A stretch of DNA of 44,198 nt. Source: Escherichia phage vB_EcoS-EE09. Below the pieces are notes generated by a model. It worked only from the letters and a program-made list of their open reading frames with translations, did not search any database and was not told where the DNA came from. Made by a program: the position numbers and the translations under genes. Positions 34,754 to 43,142 of the stretch are shown here, in pieces. The DNA lies in the sequence record OR756193.1; one strand, 5' to 3'. Every line of letters begins with the position of its first letter. Position 1 is the stretch's first letter.

Positions 34754-34787
34754 GCGCCGTCGCATTTTGCCTCGGCGCTTTTTTTTT
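34754..34787 (+). terminator. plus-strand rho-independent terminator inside the divergent control region
   Basis: GCGCCG-13 nt loop-CGGCGC hairpin followed by a T9 run; no annotated plus-strand gene upstream. Confidence 0.6.
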
Positions 34788-34798
34788 GAAATTAGTTG

Positions 34799-34828
34799 TT
34801 GACACCCATCCTGCAACCAATCTATTAT
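34799..34828 (+). promoter_or_regulatory. candidate strong rightward sigma70 early promoter
   Basis: Consensus -35 TTGACA, 18-nt spacer containing TGCAACCAAT, -10 TATTAT; about 200 bp upstream of the first rightward gene. Confidence 0.5.
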
Positions 34829-35024
34829 TCACTCCGTCGACAGGATGCAGGACGCAAACTGGAGAGGGGCAACGCAGGGGCCGGATCGAAGTGTCAGGAT
34901 TCCCAACCGTGATTATATAACCTGGTCCACTACCCGAACGGGAGAACGCGCAACCGGGCAATATGTTAAGGCCACCGACGAAGTTAACTGCCGACATCTA
35001 AACTTAACCAATCGGAGATATACC

Positions 35025-35543
35025 ATGTTTGAGCAAATCGTAAACCTGATCACTCGCGGCGTAGTAGCACTGGAAACCATCGCTAAACATTATGAAACCG
35101 TTGGCGCTGCCGTTGGTAAGCAGGAAGACAAGAAGCCGTCTAAGGCCAAAAAAGAAGTTGTCGAAGATGACGACGATGAAGTCGAAGACGAAAAACCGGC
35201 TAAATCTAAAAAAGCCCCGGCGAAAGGTAAATCCAAAAAAGAAGTCGTAGAAGATGACGACGACGAGGATGCCGAAGATGAAAAACCGGCTAAGTCTAAA
35301 AAAGCACCGGCGAAAGGCAAAGGTAAGAAAGATGCCGATCCGCTGGCGGAGATGCGCGACGAAATCAAACAGTATGCCGCGATTATCGCCGGTGGCGATG
35401 ACGACGATGCGAACGACGAATTCGACGACCTGCTGGAATCGTTCGAGATCAAATCAATCGCCAAGCTGGAAGATGACGACGTCGAAGACTTCCACAAAGA
35501 GCTAAAAGAAATCGTCGAAACCTATTTCGAACTGGAAGATTAA
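35025..35543 (+). CDS. highly charged repeat protein (172 aa), first gene of the rightward early operon
   Basis: ORF track trimmed to the ATG with RBS GGAGA 6 nt upstream; two tandem ~29-aa repeats KKEVVEDDDDE..EDEKPAKSKKAPAKGK; strongly acidic C-terminal half. Confidence 0.65.
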   Translation: MFEQIVNLITRGVVALETIAKHYETVGAAVGKQEDKKPSKAKKEVVEDDDDEVEDEKPAKSKKAPAKGKSKKEVVEDDDDEDAEDEKPAKSKKAPAKGKGKKDADPLAEMRDEIKQYAAIIAGGDDDDANDEFDDLLESFEIKSIAKLEDDDVEDFHKELKEIVETYFELED

Positions 35544-35591
35544 TATATTCCGGCCCGCTAATCTGCGGGCCTATTTTTAGAGGACGAGACA

Positions 35592-35843
35592 ATGGCACGC
35601 TTCACGCTAATCGAGGCGGTGGACTCCCGCGACCAGCGCCCGTACTATTGGCTATTCGAACGCATCGGCAGCTTTCAGTCACGCGTTGCCGTAATAGATA
35701 AACGCCGTAACACCCCCGCGCAAATTAAGCGCACCACCTTTACTAACCCCGACTTTTATATTTGGGCGGATTCCAATCTGGAATATGTTCGCTTCGCAGT
35801 TGCATCCGAAGCAAAAACAATTGACCGCTGGGAGACAAAATAA
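35592..35843 (+). CDS. hypothetical protein (83 aa)
   Basis: ORF track; RBS GAGGA upstream of ATG. Confidence 0.55.
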   Translation: MARFTLIEAVDSRDQRPYYWLFERIGSFQSRVAVIDKRRNTPAQIKRTTFTNPDFYIWADSNLEYVRFAVASEAKTIDRWETK

Positions 35844-36032
35844 ATGGCTATATTCTTTGTTTTATTTCGTTGCCGTATTACCGGCGACGAGCAACCGGAA
35901 ATTGTTATGAATCAAAACTGGAATTGCTGCTGGATGCAAGCCCGAGGACTGGCGGCTACCATGAACAATGCCGCTAAGCGGGCCAATGTTGAACATGACT
36001 ATTACATTGCTCAATTTACACGGGTGGAATGA
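35844..36032 (+). CDS. hypothetical protein (62 aa)
   Basis: ORF track; start and stop coupled to neighbours (TAAATG, ATGA). Confidence 0.4.
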   Translation: MAIFFVLFRCRITGDEQPEIVMNQNWNCCWMQARGLAATMNNAAKRANVEHDYYIAQFTRVE

Positions 36033-37462
36033 TGGCGATTAAACCAAAACGTAAAACGCAATCCGGTAGCAATACGGAGCACTCATTACTCGGGCCATCC
36101 GGTGCTAAAAAATGGATGGGTTGCCCTGCCGCCCTGGTGGTGGAAAAAGATATCCCGAACGAATCCGGGCAAGCCGCGATTAACGGTACGAGTATGCACA
36201 CCGTATCGGAGGTGGTGCTAAACCGCATTATCGCCGGTGAGAAGCTGATAACCGCGAAGACGTATAAAGGGTGCTACGTCGAGAACGAAGGCAAGGGGCC
36301 GGTAAAGGCGCACCCGAAAGCACCGAAAGGCGGCGTACTGGTCACCGACGATATGGTGAAACAGTGCGACGCGTACATCGACCACTGGCGACCGCTCCTC
36401 GAAGTGGCGGAGTTTGTTCGGCTTGAGATGCGCGCCGATCTGACCCGCGTCCTACACTCTGGCTTCGAGATCGACGGCAACCGGGTTAAGACGTTCGGTA
36501 CTGCCGATATGGTCATGGTCATGAAGAAGACCGACGGCACGTACATGCTGATTGTTGGCGACCTGAAGACGGGGCGGCATAAGGTCGAGGCGAAAGAAAA
36601 CAAACAGCTTATGTTGTATGCGCTGGGCCTGCTGCGCAAGCTGAAAACCATGTACGACATTACGACCGTGCGCCTGGCTATCTTCCAGCCGTATTGCGGC
36701 GGGGCGTCGGAGTGGGATATTTCGGTAGAAGCCCTGGAGATATTCGCGAAGTTTGCGGCCAAGCGTGCGATCGCCGCCCTGGAAGCGTACGCCCGCGGTA
36801 AGAAAGGACTCACCCGTGCCGACTTCCGACCGAGCGTTGATGCGTGCCAGTGGTGCAGATTTGCGGATCAGTGTAGTGCCCGCGCTAAGGCCGCAATCGA
36901 CACGATGACACCTCCAACGGCAACCGACGAAGACCTGGGCGACGACGTGAGTATCGCTACAGAGGAGGAATGCGCCAACCACGATCGCAATATGGCCCGC
37001 GAAGCCCGGAAGGCGGCACGACGTGCGAAGCGTGGCAAGAAAGAAGCGGCCCCCGGCGCTATGACCGCCGCAGAACTGCGCAAGGCATATGAAGGTCTAG
37101 ACGCAATGCGCCAGCACATCAAGGCTATCGAGTACGCAGTATTCAAGGCTGTGATGGCGGGCAATGGTGAATCGCTGGGCCTCAAGATGGTTGCCGGTAA
37201 GGAAGGGATCCGCAAATGGGCGGACGAGAGCGAGGTGATTGAAATCTTCACGAAGGCCCGGATCAAGCGCGACGTGATGTACAAAGAAACATTGCTCAGT
37301 CCTACCGACGCCGAGAAGGTATTGAAGGACGAGAAACCGAAAGTGTGGGCGAAATTGTGTGATAAAATCACGCGCGCACCGGCTAAACCTGTATTAGCAC
37401 CAATTGACGACCCGCGCCCCGCGTGGTCTGAAGCTACCGACGAGGACTTAAGTAATGAATAA
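36029..37462 (+). CDS. PD-(D/E)xK nuclease, Cas4-like / DUF2800-type (477 aa)
   Basis: Nuclease core D...IVGDLKTG and a C-terminal Cys cluster C-x2-W-C-x5-C consistent with an Fe-S Cas4/RecB-like exonuclease. Confidence 0.65.
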   Translation: MMAIKPKRKTQSGSNTEHSLLGPSGAKKWMGCPAALVVEKDIPNESGQAAINGTSMHTVSEVVLNRIIAGEKLITAKTYKGCYVENEGKGPVKAHPKAPKGGVLVTDDMVKQCDAYIDHWRPLLEVAEFVRLEMRADLTRVLHSGFEIDGNRVKTFGTADMVMVMKKTDGTYMLIVGDLKTGRHKVEAKENKQLMLYALGLLRKLKTMYDITTVRLAIFQPYCGGASEWDISVEALEIFAKFAAKRAIAALEAYARGKKGLTRADFRPSVDACQWCRFADQCSARAKAAIDTMTPPTATDEDLGDDVSIATEEECANHDRNMAREARKAARRAKRGKKEAAPGAMTAAELRKAYEGLDAMRQHIKAIEYAVFKAVMAGNGESLGLKMVAGKEGIRKWADESEVIEIFTKARIKRDVMYKETLLSPTDAEKVLKDEKPKVWAKLCDKITRAPAKPVLAPIDDPRPAWSEATDEDLSNE

Positions 37463-37697
37463 AGTATTCGCAGTCTTATTGATGTTTTTTCTCGGCGCGC
37501 TGGGCTTTATCCTGCATTGCGTGCAAGGCGTGTTAATGGTGGCGTGGATGATTCGCCATCCGACCCGCTGGCTGGATGACGGCTATAGCGAAGTTGCCGT
37601 CGATTGGGTGGAAAAGAACATCGACCGACCGCCGCTAAGCTGGATCGAGAACGCCACCAACTACGTTACCCGAAATCTTTTTAATGAAAATGCTTGA
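37455..37697 (+). CDS. small membrane protein (80 aa)
   Basis: ORF track; N-terminal hydrophobic segments (VFAVLLMFFLGALGFILHCVQGVLMVAWMI). Confidence 0.45.
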   Translation: MNKVFAVLLMFFLGALGFILHCVQGVLMVAWMIRHPTRWLDDGYSEVAVDWVEKNIDRPPLSWIENATNYVTRNLFNENA

Positions 37698-37787
37698 CCG
37701 CTTAGGCGCAACCAAGTAGATTAGCAACCAAGCCGAACGGGGTGGCTTCCAATAACCCCGATACATGTGAAAATGAGGAATTGGAAA

Positions 37788-38573
37788 ATGGCTAAAGTCA
37801 ACCTGAAAAATGTGCGTGTATGTTTCCTGAAAATTTGGGAACGTGATACCCCTAAACAGGATGGACAAAAACCGGCATACCGTGCCGTGATTCTTCTTGA
37901 TAAAGAAGATCCGCAGGTGGACAAAGTGGAAGCGGCAGCGCGCGCAGTGCTCACCGACAAGCTGAAATCTGAGAAGAATGCCGATAAGTGGATGGACCGC
38001 CACTACGCCCAGGATTCTAAGGAATGCGCAGTTCGTGACGGTGACGAGCGCGACGAAGTAACCGAAGAATTCGAAGGCATGTTGTACATCAACGCTAAAT
38101 CGTTCAAACAGCCAAACATTCAAACGTCACTCGGCGAGAAGCAGACCGAACAGGGTCTGACCGTAGAAGGCGACGAGATCGAAGGCCAGGAGATCTACTC
38201 CGGTTGTTATTGCAACGTGTCCCTTGATATCTGGGCGTGGAACAATACCAACGGCAAGGGACTCGGTGCTGGCTTGCTGGGTTTACGCTTCCGTGATGAC
38301 GGTGAAGCCTTCGGGGGTGGCGGGTCTTCTTGCTCCGATGAAGACCTGGACAACGACGACGAAGACGAAGCACCGCGCAAGTCCAAAAAGTCAAAACGTC
38401 GTGATGACGATGATGAAGATGACAAGCCGCGCAAGTCCAAGAAATCCAAGCGCCGCGATGACGACGACGATGAGGAAGATGAAAAACCTCGCAAACGTCG
38501 TAAGCCACGCGATGACGAAGATGAGGACGACGACGACGAAGACGAAGCGCCACGTAAACGTCGCCGCCGTTAA
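37788..38573 (+). CDS. DUF2815-like putative ssDNA-binding protein with charged repeat tail
   Basis: ORF track trimmed to the ATG with RBS GAGGA 7 nt upstream; MAKVNLKNVRV... N-terminus; C-terminal ~85 aa of tandem PRKSKKSKRRDDDDED-type repeats. Confidence 0.55.
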   Translation: MAKVNLKNVRVCFLKIWERDTPKQDGQKPAYRAVILLDKEDPQVDKVEAAARAVLTDKLKSEKNADKWMDRHYAQDSKECAVRDGDERDEVTEEFEGMLYINAKSFKQPNIQTSLGEKQTEQGLTVEGDEIEGQEIYSGCYCNVSLDIWAWNNTNGKGLGAGLLGLRFRDDGEAFGGGGSSCSDEDLDNDDEDEAPRKSKKSKRRDDDDEDDKPRKSKKSKRRDDDDDEEDEKPRKRRKPRDDEDEDDDDEDEAPRKRRRR

Positions 38574-38592
38574 GGGCAAAGCCCACTATTCA

Positions 38593-38616
38593 AGCCCGCT
38601 TAATGCGGGCTTTTTA
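38593..38616 (+). terminator. rho-independent terminator after the DUF2815-like gene
   Basis: AGCCCGC-ttaat-GCGGGCT hairpin followed by T5. Confidence 0.7.
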
Positions 38617-38631
38617 ATAGGACAATGAAAA

Positions 38632-38802
38632 ATGCGTATTAAAGCCAGCGAAGTAAAAGTCGGAATGCAAGTATGGTCCAAGCTACTGGGGGAATATTTC
38701 ACAGTTGCCGAGATTCGCAACAACGGCGAAGAGATCGCCCTGTCAGACGGCATCTTCTCCACGATCGGCAGCGCTGACGCCGTAGTGAGGATAAAGCAAT
38801 GA
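38632..38802 (+). CDS. small hypothetical protein (56 aa) coupled to the DNA polymerase gene
   Basis: RBS AGGA; stop overlaps the polymerase ATG (ATGA); too short for the ORF track. Confidence 0.45.
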   Translation: MRIKASEVKVGMQVWSKLLGEYFTVAEIRNNGEEIALSDGIFSTIGSADAVVRIKQ

Positions 38803-40958
38803 AAGACTTCGAACGTCTGTTTCTCGACACCGAGACATTTAGCGGGGTGGACCTGAAGAAAGTAGGGGCGTACGCCTACGCAGAGCACCCAACCACCGAG
38901 ATTATGATTTGCACCTACGCCATCGACGAAGGCCGCGTGCAGACATGGGATGCCACTGAATCCCCAACAATGCCGCGTGAACTGCGCAAGGCGCTCCGTC
39001 AGGTATCCCGCAAGAAAGCAAAAATCGTGATGGCTAACGGCCTCCTGTTTGACCGCCTGGTTATCCGTGAGAAGTGGGGAATCGACCTGCCGGTAAGCCA
39101 GATCGAAGATACCATGATTATGGCCTTTCGCCACGCGCTGCCGGGTAGTCTCGATATGCAGTGTCAGGTGCTGGGCGTTGACGCAGAGCACGCGAAGGAT
39201 AAGGCCGGCAAGGCGCTGATCAAACGATTCTGTAAGCCTACCCCTAAGACCTACAAAATACGCCGCTACACGCGCGAGACTCACCCTGAAGAATGGGCCA
39301 AATTTCTGCGATATGCCGCTCTTGATATTATCGCGATGCGTGAGGTCTACTGGCGCATACCGGACTGGGGTAATACTCCGAAGGAAGACGAGATACTGCT
39401 TATTGACCAGTTGATCAACGACCGCGGCTTCTATGTGGACGTTGACCTGGCGAACGCCGCGATCAAAGCGGTGCAGGCGCATAAGGAAGAATTGAAGGAG
39501 GAAGCCTGGGAGCGATTTGGCGGTAAGCTGACCGGCAATGACTTCCTGCCAATCCTGCGTGATATCGCCCCAGCGTTCACAATCCACAACGCGCAGAAAT
39601 CCACACTTAACGACCTGCTTGAAGACCCGGACTTCCCCGACGAAGGCAAAGCGCTTATCGAAATGCGCCTCGGTGCGTCATCAACGGCATCGACTAAGTA
39701 CAATCCGCTAGTTAACGGCTTATCCGCAGACGGTCGCCGCCGTGGGTGTCTTCAGTATGGTGGTGCAAAGCGCACGCTGCGCTGGGCCGGTAAAGGCTTC
39801 CAGCCGCAAAACCTGGCACGCGGCGAGTATAGCGACGATCACGAAGGGAAGATTAAGCGCCGCGAAGGCGAGAGCGACGTTGCTTTTTGGGTCCGGTCGC
39901 ACATGCTCACCAACGGCATCAATTCCCTGTTACGCGGGACCGCGCACTGGGCGTATGACATATCTAAGCTAACAGCCTCGACCGTTCGCGGGTGCATTAT
40001 CCCGGCTAAGGGCAAGAAGTTTGTCGTAGCGGACTACTCCAACGTGGAAGGGCGTGGACTTGCCTGGATCGCGGGCGAGAAAACAGCGCTCATGGTGTTT
40101 AAGGCCGGTCGCGATATCTATTGTGAGACTGCCGGTAAGATGTTCGGCCTGGACCCGGACTACATTAAAGCCAACCGCAAGGACTTGCGCCAGATCGGTA
40201 AGGCGTGCGAATTGGGGCTGGGCTATGGTGGCGGCGTCGCGGCGTTCTTGCAGTTCGCTAAAAACCTGGGACTCGACCTTTACACTATGGCGGACGTGAT
40301 GAAAGGCACGTTCCCGGATCACATTTGGGCGGCGGCGAAGCGCGGTTATGAGTACGCCCGCATTAACGAAGCGAAACGCCCACCGAAGCCGGGTAAGAAG
40401 GACGAGCGCCCGACTTACATACTGCCGAAAAACGTATGGCTTACTTGTGACGCGATCAAACGTATGTGGCGTGAGGCTCACCCGAAGACGGTAGCCTTTT
40501 GGGCCGAGCTTGAGGACGCGGTGTTGTGTGCAATCCGCAATCCGGGCAAAGCATACTGGGCTGGTGCGAACGTTCACCCGGACGGTGGCATCGCGCTGTC
40601 TGTCACTACCGAGATCGACGAAGACACCGGCAAGAAGCGCACCAGCACACGCATTAAATATCAGGGCGAGAATCAGACGACGCGCCAGTGGGGCTTCCAG
40701 TATACCTACGGCGGCAAACTGACGGAGAACATCGTACAGGCGTTATGCCGTGATATTCTCGCCTGGTCAATGCCTGGCGTTGAAGCTGCGGGCTATGAAA
40801 TCGTTCTATCGGTGCATGATGAATTGATCACAGAAGTGCCGGACACCGACGACTACACGACCGAGGAGCTTTGCGCGCTGATGTGCGACCTGCCTATTTG
40901 GGCAAAAGGCTTCCCACTTGCCGCGGAAGGCGACATCATGTACAGGTACAGGAAATAA
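38799..40958 (+). CDS. family A DNA polymerase with 3'-5' exonuclease domain (719 aa)
   Basis: Exo I motif LDTETFS near the N-terminus; polymerase motifs R-Q-I-G-K-A-C-E-L-G-L-G-Y-G-G-G (motif B-like) and V-H-D-E-L (motif C). Confidence 0.85.
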   Translation: MKDFERLFLDTETFSGVDLKKVGAYAYAEHPTTEIMICTYAIDEGRVQTWDATESPTMPRELRKALRQVSRKKAKIVMANGLLFDRLVIREKWGIDLPVSQIEDTMIMAFRHALPGSLDMQCQVLGVDAEHAKDKAGKALIKRFCKPTPKTYKIRRYTRETHPEEWAKFLRYAALDIIAMREVYWRIPDWGNTPKEDEILLIDQLINDRGFYVDVDLANAAIKAVQAHKEELKEEAWERFGGKLTGNDFLPILRDIAPAFTIHNAQKSTLNDLLEDPDFPDEGKALIEMRLGASSTASTKYNPLVNGLSADGRRRGCLQYGGAKRTLRWAGKGFQPQNLARGEYSDDHEGKIKRREGESDVAFWVRSHMLTNGINSLLRGTAHWAYDISKLTASTVRGCIIPAKGKKFVVADYSNVEGRGLAWIAGEKTALMVFKAGRDIYCETAGKMFGLDPDYIKANRKDLRQIGKACELGLGYGGGVAAFLQFAKNLGLDLYTMADVMKGTFPDHIWAAAKRGYEYARINEAKRPPKPGKKDERPTYILPKNVWLTCDAIKRMWREAHPKTVAFWAELEDAVLCAIRNPGKAYWAGANVHPDGGIALSVTTEIDEDTGKKRTSTRIKYQGENQTTRQWGFQYTYGGKLTENIVQALCRDILAWSMPGVEAAGYEIVLSVHDELITEVPDTDDYTTEELCALMCDLPIWAKGFPLAAEGDIMYRYRK

Positions 40959-41236
40959 TGACACCAGAAGGCAAGATTCAAAGTCACCTGATGAGACGGG
41001 TGAAAGATGTTGGCGGATTCTGCCGAAAACTGGCATGGGAGGGGCGCGCAGGTGCGCCCGACCTGATTATTATCATCAACGGCAAAATAGTGTTCGTCGA
41101 AGTGAAGCGCCCCGGAGGAAAACCGAAGCCGCACCAGGTACGTGAACATGAGCGAATGGCCCGCCGCGGTGCGGACGTTCGTGTTATCGACAACATAGCC
41201 GACTGCGATTTATTGGTTGCTGAATTGGTCGCGTAG
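40958..41236 (+). CDS. VRR-NUC domain nuclease (92 aa)
   Basis: ORF track trimmed to the ATG overlapping the polymerase stop (TAATG); PD-(D/E)xK core DLIIIINGKIVFVEVK. Confidence 0.6.
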   Translation: MTPEGKIQSHLMRRVKDVGGFCRKLAWEGRAGAPDLIIIINGKIVFVEVKRPGGKPKPHQVREHERMARRGADVRVIDNIADCDLLVAELVA

Positions 41237-41276
41237 CGGTATAGTGTGCAGGTTGGCACTATCGAGGATTTTAGAA

Positions 41277-41450
41277 ATGATTGAAGAAAAACGTTGTAGT
41301 AATTGCGGATGCATCAAGCCGCTATCCCAGTTCCACAAGTACACCGGCAAGACTGCGCGAAGTCCAGACGGTCATCGGGCCGAGTGCAAGTCGTGCCGCA
41401 ATAAGAAAGAGCGCGAACGGCAGCGCCGCTATCGCGCAGAACAAGAATAA
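41277..41450 (+). CDS. small zinc-ribbon protein (57 aa)
   Basis: RBS GAGGA 8 nt upstream of ATG; C-x2-C...C-x2-C pattern (CSNCGC ... ECKSC) with a basic C-terminus. Confidence 0.45.
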   Translation: MIEEKRCSNCGCIKPLSQFHKYTGKTARSPDGHRAECKSCRNKKERERQRRYRAEQE

Positions 41451-41457
41451 TCAATAC

Positions 41458-41480
41458 GGCGGGCTTGTCCCGCCATTTTT
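41458..41480 (+). terminator. rho-independent terminator
   Basis: GGCGGG-cttgt-CCCGCC hairpin followed by ATTTTT. Confidence 0.6.
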
Positions 41481-41494
41481 AGAGAGACATGACG

Positions 41495-41713
41495 ATGAAA
41501 GAACACTACCGACTCACCAAGCTGGGCGAATGTAAGCCGGGCGATCGCGTATGGTTTATTGCGGGCATGAATGACCCGCTGCCGTTGACGGTATGCTGGC
41601 AAAAATTTAAGAGCTTCCGGGCTACCGGTGTCCACGTCGGACACGCCACCAACTACGACGCCACAAAGAGGAACTGGGATAGTGAAACTGAAGTCTGGAA
41701 AAAGGCGGAATAA
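41495..41713 (+). CDS. hypothetical protein (72 aa)
   Basis: RBS AGAGAG 8 nt upstream of the second ATG of the track ORF. Confidence 0.45.
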   Translation: MKEHYRLTKLGECKPGDRVWFIAGMNDPLPLTVCWQKFKSFRATGVHVGHATNYDATKRNWDSETEVWKKAE

Positions 41714-41717
41714 AGAG

Positions 41718-43142
41718 ATGGCACGATTCCGACGCCGCGAATATCAGAAGTTGATAACCGCGTTCATCCTCAAGCATAAGCGATGCAATATATGGGCGAC
41801 AATGGGGTCGGGTAAAACCGGCGCGACTATGTGGGCGCTGAACAAAATGTTCCAGACTGGCGTCCTGTCCCATCATGAGGACCGCGTACTGGTGCTGGCC
41901 CCGCTGCGTGTTGCGTCCGGTACGTGGCCCCCGGAGCAAGAAAAATGGCGATTCCCCGCCTTGCTGGTCGTAGACGGCACCGGACCGGAGAAGGACCGGA
42001 TTGCAGCGCTTGAGAGCGACGCTAACGTGGTTTGTGTTAACTACGATGTGGTTGAGTGGCTGGTTGACTATTACGGCGATGCGTGGCCCTTTACGGTCGT
42101 TGTTGCCGATGAATCCACTAAGCTGAAAGGCTACCGCAGTAAGCAGGGTAGTAAGCGCGCACGCGCACTGGCGGCGATCGCACATAAGCACGTCAAGCGC
42201 TGGATTAATCTGACCGGCACACCAGCGCCAAACGGGCTGAAAGACTTATGGGGTCAGACGTGGTTTGTCGACGGTGGCGAACGACTCGGCAGTAGTTATA
42301 AGGCATTTACCGATCGCTGGTTCATTAGCAAGCCGGTTAAGCCTGGCAGCTTCACTATGCAGCACGCCCCGCTAAAGAACTCCGAGAAAGAAATACAACA
42401 ACGCCTGTCTGACGTATCCCTCACCGTTGACGCGGCTGAATACTTCGGATGTGACAAGCCAATATATACGCCGGTTGTTGTGGATCTGCCGAAGAAAGCC
42501 CGCAAGATTTACGACCAGTTTGAAAGCGAGCTATTTGCCGAACTGGAAAGCGGAACAGTGGAAGCGGCGAACGCGGCATCGAAGACTATTAAGTGCCTTC
42601 AGCTTGCTTCGGGGGCCGTGTATAAAGTCGACGAAGACGGCGAGCGCACCGACGAATGGGTGAAGATTCACGACGCCAAACTGGACGCGCTGGAAAGTAT
42701 CGTGGAGGAGTTGAACGGCGCGCCGTTGCTCGTTGCGTATCAGTATAAGCATGACCTGGCACGTCTTAAGAAGAAATTTCCGTACGGCGTCGCGTTGGGT
42801 AAGGGTAAGCAGGGCAATAAGGATATGGAAGCGTGGAACAGAGGCGAGATCCCCATCATGTTTGCACACCCGGCATCGGCGGGCCACGGCCTTAACTTGC
42901 AGGACGGCGGTCATCACCTGGCAATCTTCTCCGATACCTGGAACTTTGAGCACTTTTCGCAGATCGTTGAACGTATCGGGCCGGTTCGCCAGATGCAGGC
43001 CGGACACCCTCGACCGGTATTCGTCTACATTATCCAGGCGCGCGGAACACTGGACGAACTGGTCGCCGAGCGTCGCGACAGTAAGCGAGATATACAGGAC
43101 GACTTGATGGAATACATGAAAGCTAAAAAGGCGCGCAAATGA
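41718..43142 (+). CDS. SNF2/DEAD-like superfamily 2 helicase (474 aa)
   Basis: ORF track trimmed to the ATG after the upstream stop; Walker A-like ATMGSGKTGA and DExx box VVADEST. Confidence 0.75.
   Translation: MARFRRREYQKLITAFILKHKRCNIWATMGSGKTGATMWALNKMFQTGVLSHHEDRVLVLAPLRVASGTWPPEQEKWRFPALLVVDGTGPEKDRIAALESDANVVCVNYDVVEWLVDYYGDAWPFTVVVADESTKLKGYRSKQGSKRARALAAIAHKHVKRWINLTGTPAPNGLKDLWGQTWFVDGGERLGSSYKAFTDRWFISKPVKPGSFTMQHAPLKNSEKEIQQRLSDVSLTVDAAEYFGCDKPIYTPVVVDLPKKARKIYDQFESELFAELESGTVEAANAASKTIKCLQLASGAVYKVDEDGERTDEWVKIHDAKLDALESIVEELNGAPLLVAYQYKHDLARLKKKFPYGVALGKGKQGNKDMEAWNRGEIPIMFAHPASAGHGLNLQDGGHHLAIFSDTWNFEHFSQIVERIGPVRQMQAGHPRPVFVYIIQARGTLDELVAERRDSKRDIQDDLMEYMKAKKARK

Noticed and set aside
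38586-39587. 333-aa minus-strand ORF antisense to the DNA polymerase gene, and 36274-37371 antisense to the Cas4-like gene
   Set aside because: They overlap genes with clear catalytic motifs on the other strand; no independent signals.
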